Source: Macrostomum lignano | Taxonomy: Eukaryota | Length of the DNA: 64,000 bases | Assembly (NCBI GenBank): GCA_002269645.1 | Contig: NIVC01000952.1 | Coordinates: 276,967 to 340,966 of the forward strand | Direction of reading: 5' to 3' | In this document: one piece after another, positions 1 to 10,446 of the stretch | How positions within the stretch are numbered: the first letter of the stretch is position 1 | How the letters are laid out: each line of letters starts with the position of its first letter | Notes under the pieces: model-generated | What the model saw: the letters and a program-made list of their open reading frames with translations, nothing else | What the model was told of the DNA's origin: nothing | The model's database searches: none | Position numbers and translations under genes: made by a program

Positions 1-69
1 CACATATGATGAAATGACTTACAAACTACAGTTAAAGAAATACTTCATGGTGTGTAACTCATATATGCC

Positions 70-437
70 AGGGGGCCGTAGCCCAGCGGTAGCGCAGCTG
101 CTCTAGTGTGCCGCGACCCAGGCTCAATTCCAAGTGCAGCCACATTAATTTGGGGCTGGATTGGAATCTTGGCTTGGCTCGCTTGTGCAATTAACGGCCT
201 TGAGAGCCAACCCCCCCCCAAGGCGCAGTGAAGTGTACATGCCTAACAATTGATAAAAGTTAAGGCCGCTGTACACTCCTGTGTGAGTGTGTGCCTGCGT
301 AATATATCCGCGCGCTTGTATGCCTGCTCAGGGGAGTCGGCGGAATGGGCAGTAATGCCTCTCGCCGGTTGTGTGCCAATGACACTTAAATTGCGCCAGG
401 GTGCATACAACTCCCTGCCTCTAAAAAAAACAAAAAA
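70..437 (+). mobile_element. Full-length tRNA-derived SINE with poly(A) tail and 14-bp target site duplication
   Basis: Pol III A box TAGCCCAGCGG (79-89) and B box GGCTCAATTCC (121-131) in a tRNA-like head. A-rich tail at ~423-437. Direct repeat AACTCATATATGCC flanks both ends (56-69 and 438-451). Confidence 0.8.
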
Positions 438-1606
438 AACTCATATATGCCTATATATTGGCTATTATATAAGTGTGGACTAACTGGATGATAGTATACA
501 ATACAGCACCCCCAAAAAGAGCAATGTACAATATATATGACAGGTGATCCTTGTGTACTATAGAAATTTCCATTGTATACCTGTTCTTCCATACTATGGC
601 CCATAGTCAGGAAGGTGTCCAATGTACACAAGAACTAATTTTGGGCAAAATTAAGCCTGTATGCCAACGTATGCCAATTTTTTTAGCTTCATTTCGAACA
701 TTATGCTGTACGCTGAAGTCCTTTTTCAGTATCATTTTTCCACACTTCGAAACATTTTAATGTACGTGTTTTTGAAATTGGATTTTACCATTTTACAAAA
801 GAATGGACTACTTTATTGCATGCAACAATTTGAAAAAATTGAAAACAGAAACAAATAAAACAATTCTTTTTTCACAAAAGTGCAAAATAACAATCTTTAG
901 AAATAGTTTTCCATTATCTGCTTACTTTTTATTATTCTTTAATTTTTTCAAAGGCCATAAATCAGCAAAGACATACAATACAATGCAAATGAGATTGAAT
1001 ATGATTTGTAAAAACGGTCACAGTGCTTGCTTATGTACACGCCCGCGGACAGTGGTTATGATGCCGCCAGTAAAATTGGTATGCTGATTTTGTCATTCTG
1101 TTGTGTATGTACGCAGGTACGCCAGTTTTCTGAAGATCTGTATGCCAAAACTGATTCTAATGGCCAAGTGTACGCGGGAATATTCCTGCATATGGACACC
1201 TTCCTGACTATGGACTATGGCCATGGGCAATCCTGATTCCTTTTGGTTTATGATCACCTCAAATATAAAATAGTGACAATCATCATAAAAAAGTTATGAC
1301 ATAAAAACCAATATACTTGGTAGTCTCAAATAAAAAGAATTCAAAAGTTGGTAAACTAACTTTGTTTATTTCAAAGGATTGTATGTTAGTTTGCTAAGTA
1401 GGGCCTAGGCCTAGCTTATATATTACCTTCGCTTTTCAATTACCCAAAAAGGCCAACTGTATATTTTTCATTAAAATGATCATAAACTAAAGCTGGCTAT
1501 AAAAAAGCATATCAAATAGTCACAGAAAACTGCTGCTCATTCTAGATTGAGGGTATTGAAATCTAGGTTGAATAGTCACTTGTCTAATATCTTTAAATAT
1601 GCTTTG

Positions 1607-2393
1607 GGCTCATTCCATATAAGATGGACATATTTGGAAAATAGAAAAAAGTCAATATTTTTGCTTGCCATTGCCTAATTAGCCTATTTTTTTTACCAAA
1701 TGTTTATATTGTGCAATATATACAATCTAAGAATAAAGGAATGGTAAAATGTTGGATTAGTATGTTATCAATTGGCAAAAAGTCATTTTTGTAAAAATTT
1801 GGACATTTTTCGAAGCAAAAGACATCATTAAGATTTTGTACCTTTTAAAAACAAATAGAAAGCTTTTGAAGGTTGAAACAAACTATAGATAAAAGTATAG
1901 TACTTGCATCATCAGATAAAAGCATTGGTGACCAAATAATCTATTATATTTTTAATGTATTAGTACCTCAAAGTTACTGAATTGACAGAAAAAAATATGT
2001 TACGACCATAATGTTACGACCATAAGGCTGCCTTTTCTTTTGTATCTTTGTTGCCTTTTGAGTTTATATATTCTAATAAAAGAGTATGATTTCTAAAGAT
2101 GTTCTTAGTCAAATTTTAAAAATGTATTGCAAAATATCAAAAATGAAAAATGTTATAAGACTTTTACCTTTTAGTTTCTATATGTCAAAAATCCTGTCGT
2201 TACGACCATAAGTGTCATTTAAGGTTTAATAGCATCTATACTAATGATGATATCTATATGAAACTCTATAAATATATTCTAGACAAAATAATCTTTCATT
2301 TAAAATATTGGTTTAGTATATTCTATTATTAGATTTCATTTTATAAGTAAAAATAACCTGTCATGTTACGACCATGCTTATATGGAATGAGCC
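1607..2393. mobile_element. Non-autonomous DNA transposon (MITE-like, 787 bp)
   Basis: Perfect 17-bp terminal inverted repeat GGCTCATTCCATATAAG (1607-1623) / CTTATATGGAATGAGCC (2377-2393). TTTG on both flanks (1603-1606, 2394-2397). Four internal GTTACGACCAT motifs. No transposase ORF. Confidence 0.75.
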
Positions 2394-2590
2394 TTTGCAA
2401 AGTAGTCATTATTTGCATAGTAAATATTGCCAGTGTTATTTACATAGTAACTGAAAAAAATATTTTATAAATGGGTCCTAGTTATCCTATTAGGGACTGT
2501 AGTGTCTGAAGCTAGGTAGTAGTATCCAATAGTATATGAAAAGTAGTATATTGTATTTTTATGAGTTTTATAATTAACTAAAGTCAGTAA

Positions 2591-3789
2591 CCTATGCGGC
2601 CATGTGGCCAGGTTTTCCCCCAGTCGGCCATCTGGAATTTCATCCTGTTTGCAATACATTTTTTCCTATCCACAAACCTGAGAAACATAAGGAAAGTGGT
2701 CTCAAAAATAGACAAAAACTGGCAGGACCTGAAGCTTTGCTTGGTTGTTTATTGGGAATTTCTGAAACAATATTGGGAACTTTCTAAGGTGTTTCGTCTG
2801 CTTGTTAGCCACACGAACAACCTGAGCAAAACCGGATGAACAACCCAATGAGAGTGGGTGCAACACAACCAGATGAATAACCTGAGCAAAACCGGACGAA
2901 CAACTCAGAGAGTGGGTGCAGCTCAACCAGATAATTACCTTGGCAAAAGCAGACCAAAACCTAACCATGCCTTCCCACGTAATTTAATTCACCATTCAAT
3001 TTCTATTTGCTCAAGCAGTCCAGAGCTATCAAATAATTTATTGAAGGCCAAGTAAAAAGATGAGTAAAACACTCTATTTGGCTAATTTTCTGAAGGCCAC
3101 TTGTAACATAATGATGTTCTATAAGAATTCTTAGCTACTAAAGACTATTCACTAGCTAGGTGGGAAGACTAGGTGGGAAGGTGGGAAGGTTGACTTGACT
3201 TAGCGATTTGTACAGTGACTAAACCAGTAACAACACACTGAGAAAAACATTGTTTTGAACATAGCATATAGTGAGAGAAATTTATTTATGTAAAGCACAT
3301 ACACTTATATAATACATATTTTTTGCAGAACATAAAGCAAGGCATTATATTTCTTAAAACTTTTGTTTTGCATTTATCATGAACGTTTAAATTTTTAAAC
3401 ATCAAAAGAAAAAGAGAAGTCCGGTTTTCCACTGGTCTTCCTTTGTTGTCTTCTATGGTTTTTGTCTGGATGAAGAACCAGAGAAAAAACCGGGCAAAAT
3501 TCTATACTAAAAATATTGCATTGGGATTTACTCTGGATGTCCCCTGGTTACTCATCTGGCACCTAACCAGACAAAGGCCTAGGCAAAAAAACCAGGCTGA
3601 AAACCAGGAAAATTCTTTTAAAACCACAGTACTCGCCCAGTTCTTCGCCTGGAATTTTGTCTGGTTAAGAGAACCAGAGAAAAACTGGACCAATTCACCA
3701 GGTTTCCATTCTTTGTCTGGAAATAGTACAAAAACCTTGCCTAAACAGACCAAAACCAGACAAAGAACCCAACCACATGGCCACATGGG
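2591..3789. mobile_element. Degenerate non-autonomous TIR element, possibly CACTA/EnSpm-like
   Basis: Imperfect ~26-bp inverted ends (CCTATGCGGCCATGTGGCCAGGTTTT vs reverse complement CCCATGTGGCCATGTGGTTGGGTTCT). AA on both flanks. Repeated subterminal AAAACC(A/G)G motifs and internal ~60-bp direct repeats at 2815-2935. Confidence 0.45.
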
Positions 3790-4830
3790 AAATAGAGTTT
3801 AGGCATGATTTATATGTTTATAGGCATTATAGCTTAGCATTTTTATTAGCTCATATACATAGTACTTATATTATTTATAATGCAAAATACAAAGGGTGTT
3901 ATAAAAGAAATGAAGAATAATGCAACTCATTTGCCTTCAAAATGATAGATTTGTGGTATGGTCAAATATAACAGGACCATAGCTATAAGTACTACACAGT
4001 ATATAAAACTGTTTTATATGCTAGTCTTAATTTTAGTTACTGTCTATATAATGACAATATTATTTACATGGTACTGTTTAAATAACAAGTGCCACTTTAC
4101 AATTGTAACTAATTAACCTTTAGTATTGCACTCTTCCTTTTACCTTTAGTTTACAATCACTTCCACACATGCACTCTATTAAAATGATTGCAAACCAAAG
4201 CTGGCTATATTGCCTTTACCTTTATACAAAGCTCATGTGCATTACCTTTGCAATATTAACTTTTAAATAGTTTTAGTTCATGATCATTTTTATCTATGTT
4301 ACACATTCAAATGATTGAAAACCATAGCCCCCCTAGTATTTTTTTTGTTTTATTGTTATTAGCCTTAGGCCTATTAAAAGTTTATAGCATATATGTCTTA
4401 TTGCCTTTTTACAAAAATTTAGCTATCTTATAGATTCATTTGTTAAATTAAATTTGATTCCCTTCTATTTTTATTTAGAGTCCAAAAATTTGAAACAAGT
4501 GAATAAATTAATAGTTTAATATGTACTAGCAGCAATTTTTTTGTTTTAGTCAATTGCCATTCTAAAGCCATCAATATTTGACATCAATATTTCACAAACC
4601 ACAATATTAGGACAAAATAAATGGCAATTGTGTGACATTTTGTCCTTTTTTAAGAATATTGACAATGGATTTAGTGTAAATCACCATTGAATATTTATTA
4701 ATATCTTTTTGATAGTACTTTCAAAAACAGGTAATCTATATACAGCTATAGTTAACCTAGTCATCTATGTAAAATGTAACATTTGTGCCATGTGTTTTTG
4801 TACAGCATTGAGTTAATATGAATGACTATA

Positions 4831-5374
4831 AATGGAATCACCAATCACTATCCAGTTAGCATCAAGCATGGCCCAGAGTATTAGTGACTAAGCATTCACA
4901 ATGGCGTCACCAATCACTCTATCCAGTTAGCATCAAGCATGGCCCAGAGTATTAGTGACTAGGCATTCACAATGGCGTCACCAATCACTCTATCCAGTTA
5001 GCATCAAGCATGGCCCAGAGTATTAGTGACTAAGCATTCACAATGGCGTCACCAATCACTCTATCCAGTTAGCATCAAGCATGGCCCAGAGTATTAGTGA
5101 CTAAGCATTCACAATGGCGTCACCAATCACTCTATCCAGTTAGCATGAAGCATGGCCCAGAGTATTAGTGACTAAGCATTCACAATGGCGTCACCAATCA
5201 CTCTATCCAGTTAGCATCAAGCATGGCCCAGAGTATTAGTGACTAGGCATTCACAATGGCGTCACCAATCACTCTATCCAGTTAGCATCAAGCATGGCCC
5301 AGAGTATTAGTGACTAAGCATCCACAATGGCATCACCAATCACTCTATCCAGTTAGCATCAAGCATGGTCCAGC
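4831..5374 (+). repeat. 71-bp minisatellite (~7.6 copies) overlapping the G3BP start codon
   Basis: Unit AATGGCGTCACCAATCACTCTATCCAGTTAGCATCAAGCATGGCCCAGAGTATTAGTGACTAAGCATTCAC. Unit starts at ~4831, 4900, 4971, 5042, 5113, 5184, 5255, 5326. The last partial copy runs into ATGGTCCAG at 5365. Confidence 0.95.
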
Positions 5375-8231
5375 CAGCCGTGTCCGAGCAGCAGCAGCAG
5401 CAGGCAGAGCCGCAGCCAACAGCGGATCTGCTTGAGCAAGCTCGCAGCGTAGGTCGCGAGTTCGTATTCATCTACTACACCTGCGTGAACAAGTGCCCGC
5501 AGGAATTGTACCGCTTCTATTCCACCGGCTCGCACTTCGTCCACGGTGGCCGCGAGCTGCCCGGACACGCTGTGGAGCCGCCGGCCGTCGGACAGGCGGA
5601 CATCGCGGCCAGAGTGAAGCAGCTCGGCCTGGCCGACTGCCGGACAAAGATCCTGATGGTGGACTCGCTGCCGGCCCCGGCCAGCGGCGTGCTCATCCAG
5701 GTGTGCGGCGAGATGAGCAACAATGCCGGCCCGATGCGCCGCTTCATGCAGACCTTCCTGCTGTCGCCCATCGGGCCGAAGAAGTTCTACGTGCTGAATG
5801 ACATCTTCCGGTTAGTGCTGGTTGGAGCATGTTTTAAATGCCTTCACTGTGCCGCAGGGATGCTGGGAGTTTAATTCTGGTTAAACAGTTCTCCATGACA
5901 GATCCTACAATTCGGGGCGGGCGGGGCAGCTCAGCGGTGAACGAGTGCACATGCCTGACGATTCACGCCCCTGAGGGCCAATCCCTAAATCAGAATGAGT
6001 GCACATGCCTGACGATTCACGCCCCTGAGGGCCAATCCCTAAATCAGAACGAGTGCACATGCCTGACGATTCACGCCCCTGAGGGCCAATCCCCAAGTGA
6101 GAATGAGTGCACTGGACGGAAATGTTAGGAAGGCTGGTTTTCGCCGCAAAAATAAAAATACATTACGGAGATAGAAACTTTTCTTTCGTTATTGCTTTCG
6201 ATAGGAGGCGGACACAGAGTTCATTTTTGATATGTTGTGCCTTTCTTATAGCTCTATCGATATTAATAATTAGCTTTTCGTTCAGAAAATTGGGATTCTA
6301 TGTTCTCCCATAGATTTTTTGATTTTCGATTTTTCGGCAAGAACCAGCCTCCTTAATAAAATTTTCTAAGAAACGTACTTTCCCGTCCTACTTGAGTAGT
6401 CCTTGGCCTGACGATTAGAAAGTCAGGGCTGCTGCACATCCAGTGTGAGCGTGCGTGTGAGTGCGTGACTGCGTACAGTATTTGTGTACGAGTATGGACT
6501 CAAAGCGATGCTGTGACAAAAATCCGTAAAAAGTCGTTGCAAACAACTCTCTAACTAGTGACTCTAGCGACTCTTGTGATGTTTAAACAGCTCTAATGCG
6601 TCTAATACGACATAGAGGCGAATTTTTCGTCACTAGCGCATCATCCAAGAATTGTTGAGCTGGCTAAAGCTGAAGCGCTTTTTTCCGAGTCTTTTTTGCG
6701 ACTAAAGAACGCCAGCGATGTGACTCGGATTCGTCAAGCGACGCAAATGTGCTCTTACAGTGACTCCAGCATGCCTGTCCCCTCCAGCCCGATTCCCCAT
6801 CGCCTGCCGCCCCGCAGCTACCAGGACGAGGTCTTCACCGACTCCGACAACCCCGCCGATGCTCCCGCCGACGTTAAAGGCTCTGTCAGCAACGGGACTG
6901 CCGCTGTTGCCGAGGCCAGCGAAGCCGCCGCTGTTATCGCTGCCGCCGCTGCTCCGCCGCCGCCACCAATGGCGGACGTTGCCGAAGCCAACGGCATCAG
7001 CTGCCCGATGGTCGCCGCCAGCGAGGAGCGCATCGACCAGGAGGACCAGCCAGCTGGCGATGCCGCCGACGGCAACGCCGCTGAAGTCGACATGCAGCAG
7101 GTGGAGGCCGCCGCTGAGGAGCCGGAAGCCGAGGAGCCGGCCGCTCCGCCTGCCGAGGATGCCGCAGCGGCGGAAGAAGCTCCGTCCTGCGTGCCGAAGG
7201 AGTCGCAGCCGGCCGCGCCAGGCGCTAAGCGGAACTTCGCCGCCCTGTTCAGCAGCGCTGGCGGTGCAAGCAACGGCCAGCCGCAGCCGGTACAGCCGCA
7301 GGCACCAGCGCCGCGACGCCAAGCGGCTGCTGCACCACCGCCGGCACAGCAGCAGAAGCAGAACGGTGGAAGCGGCGCCGGCGGCATTCCAGCCGACGAA
7401 CAGCGCCGCCAGGACCGGGACGCTCCGGACCACCTGCAGGTGTTCGTGGGCAACCTGGCGCCCGACGTGCGCGAGTCCGACCTGGCCGAGGCTTTTCGCC
7501 AGTGCGGCGAGGTGGCCAGCTGCCGCATCAGCGCTGGCAAGCCGCGGCCTGGCCAGAGCGCCGCCACCGCCAACTTCGGCTTCGTGACGTTTGCCAGCGC
7601 TACTGGAGTCAAGGCCGCCGTTGAAAATGTGAGAACTGCTTTCTAATGAAGCATGAACCCCTTCAGCAGTGAGGCACTGAACCCCTTCAGCAGTGAGGCA
7701 CTGAACCCCTTCAGCTGTGAGACTGAACCCCTTCAGCTGTGAGGCACTGAACCCCTTCAGCTGTGAGGCACTGAACCCCTTCAGCAGTGAGGCACTGAAC
7801 CCCTTCAGCAGTGAGGCATTGAACCCCTTCAGCTGTGAGGCACTGAACCCCTTCAGCTGTGGGGCTCTGAACCCCTTCAGCTGTGAGGCACTGAACCCCT
7901 TCAGCAGTGAGGCACTGAACCCCTTCAGCTGTGAGGCACTGAACCCCTTCAGCTGTGAAGCACTGAACTCCTTCAAATCGCACACAGGCTTTGCTCTATT
8001 GGCACCTGTCAGTGTCAATCACTGAATTGTTCCCCAATTTCCCATCCGCATTCCCAGCCGCCAAGCGTGAAAGGCGGCCGTGTCAATGTTGAGATGAAGA
8101 AACCCGGCAGCGGCTTCCGACGCGGCGGCGGCGGCGGTGGCAGCCGAGGTGGCGGCGGCGGCGGCGGCGGGCATCGCGGTGGCTTTCGAAGCGGAGGCGG
8201 CGGCTACGGCGGGCCGTACCAGGGAAGATAG
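5365..8231 (+). CDS. G3BP: Ras-GAP SH3-binding protein G3BP (stress granule nucleator), 3 coding exons, ~476 aa
   Basis: Exons 5365-5810, 6818-7628 and 8058-8231, all GT-AG and phase-consistent (1431 nt). NTF2 domain (VGREFVFIYY...RFY...FVHGG...RRFMQTFLL...KFYVLNDIFRYQDEVF), acidic/Pro-rich linker, RRM (QVFVGNL; NFGFVTF) and C-terminal RGG tail, ending in TAG. Confidence 0.93.
5943..6110. repeat. 54-bp tandem repeat, 3 copies, in G3BP intron 1
   Basis: GAGTGCACATGCCTGACGATTCACGCCCCTGAGGGCCAATCCC... at 5943, 5997 and 6051. Confidence 0.9.
6125..6356. mobile_element. MITE in G3BP intron 1, tentatively Kolobok-like
   Basis: Imperfect long inverted ends GGAAGGCTGGTTTTCGCCGCAAAAAT (from 6128) vs reverse complement GGAGGCTGGTTCTTGCCGAAAAAT (ending 6352). 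TTAA at 6353-6356 and degenerate TTAG at 6125-6128. Confidence 0.55.
7654..7975. repeat. 24-bp minisatellite (~13 copies) in G3BP intron 2
   Basis: Unit TGAACCCCTTCAGC(T/A)GTGAGGCAC. Confidence 0.95.
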
Positions 8232-10446
8232 GCTGCTGCTGAGCGGCTGGCTGGCTGGGCTCCATCTGCGGGGACAAAATCTATAATTATTAATTTAAAT
8301 TGGTTTTGCAGGGAACTAAAAATTATCGACAGCGGGTCAGCTTGTTTTCGATCCCAATATCCAACATAAAAATCAAATAAGACCAGCAGTTTTTACCGGC
8401 TCGCGCCGATCTCCCCCCTCTCTGGCACACACACAGGAATCTGATTCTGCGCAGCTGAAAGCGGGGATCTTCCGCTCCCCCTGCTGCGCATTGCTGTCCA
8501 GATTTTTGCGTGTTTTTTCTGTATTTTAGCTTGTAGGTACATGTACACTCACTCTACTGGCAGTAGCTGTTCTACTCTCCAAAATTTCAGTCAATTCTCA
8601 ATGCTAATTAAACTGGGCTGTCTGGGCCGAAGTTGTCATCGAAGCCTCGGCCTTTGTTGCTTTTTATTTAGGATAATTTTTCTACCGCTATTTTAACTGC
8701 CCCCTCGTGTTGCGCTTCTGTTTTCTATCGCCTAGGACTCTTACCGGTCTCACTGTATTGCAGATTTCTGCTTTTACACAACACCTGCACCTTTGGACAC
8801 GCTGACATCTGGTATGGCCTTGAGAAATAAAATAAATTAATTAATTAGGCAAGACTTCATGAATCTGTTTGTCTTTTCTGCTTGCTGCTCTTGAGAAACT
8901 AGTGGGATGTGTCTGGGTCCTTTGGGATTCTGTCAAAATAATTTGATAGGTTAATGTGGCATGTTTCACCGGGGGGGGGGTTGTTCAACTAATGTAAAAT
9001 GAAAAAAATCATTTAGGCTATGTGCAGTTTAGGTGTTGAGAAAGCGCTCCATAAGTGAGCTTTGGCCATAGACAACTGCGCGCGATGTCATGCTAAATAA
9101 AGTGACTCAATATATATATAGCTTTTGCGTCTTTATTGAACTATGCCACAGCCCAGGGAGCAGCATTAACGACCAAACTGTGACTTCAGATCAAAGTGAA
9201 AAGTCGAGATCAATCAGTCTCTGAGCGCCTCTTTTAGTTTTGTTGTCTTTTAATAGTCTATGGCCAAGGCCATGACATATTGTACAAGAACAAAATTTCA
9301 AACTGAGCTTGTGAGAGAGAGAGAGACTTGTTTTTGCATTGCTGGAGACTTCAAATTCATGTCAAAGAAAAACATCAGTTAGATGTAGCTGAGTGTTACT
9401 AAAGTGTGTACATCCTACCTGGCTTCAGTTACTACTTCCTACTCTTATGCCATCATTCCTTCCAATACGCCCCGGTATGTGAGAGTTTCATCGTCCAGTG
9501 ATGTCCTTGAGTACTTCGATGCCCTCTTCTACTCCTGCTGTATCTGTCCTCGAGTGTCGGCCTGGTGGTCAACACGCAGAAAACCGTCTCGCTCTGCGTA
9601 CCGGACAACACCGCGGCGTTCCAGGCGGTGATCCAGACCTGGACGCTGACTGAGTCGCTCGAGCAACAAGTTGATGCGGCGCACGCTAATTTTCTAAACA
9701 AAGAGCTCTAGAATATCAATAGAGCTATAATTGAAAGGCGCAACATATCAGAATATGAACACTTAGTTTGCCACCTATCGAAAGCAATAACAATTTTTGT
9801 GCTGATAAAATGAAAATTTCCCAAGAAACGTAGTTTCCCCGTCCTACTTGAGTAGTCCCCGGATTCTACATTGTTCGAGATGAGATTGCACTAAACAAAA
9901 ATGATTGCAGCAGCCCGCTCGACTGTTCTACAATCAGAGTTACTTAGGAAACAGCGCAATGTTTAATTTTTTATTGCTCTGTCTATATGCATGGTCAACA
10001 TTCGACTTGCCCCCCCCCCCCCTACAAGTAACTTTACTCAGTGAGAAAAGAAAGTTGCCTGCAAGGTGGATGCATTCTACACTGTACTTGCAGCGAATCG
10101 AGGTTAACAGACAGCTCGCTGTGAAAGCAATTCAAGCTCCATAATCTATGTAAATTTCCTACATTGCTACAGCTACATGCATCTCAACATTGCACAGGGC
10201 GCCGAGAAAATGGCAGTGTACAGTATACCCTTGCTGGAGAGACAGAACCGGGCCGCAGTCTATTGTCTCTGGTTAGATGTAGCACACGACTGCACACGAG
10301 CTGGCAAAGACAAGCATAGCAAACGGACGCTCGTGCTTCATTGCCACGAGGCCATCGCAGGCAAATAAAACAAAATAAAGTATTTCCAGGAGTGCACTGC
10401 TTCATGTGTCTGCAGCTCTCGCAGAGGCGCAAAGAAGACCACCAGC

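Noticed and set aside
72-142. Functional tRNA gene
   Set aside because: A and B boxes are present, but the acceptor and anticodon stems do not pair properly. It continues into a body with a poly(A) tail and TSD, so it is a SINE head.
6702-8018. 438-aa minus-strand ORF and other antisense ORFs over G3BP, CAT, PEPT and DEG/ENaC exons
   Set aside because: Shadow ORFs of GC3-rich coding sequence plus repeats, with no recognisable domains.
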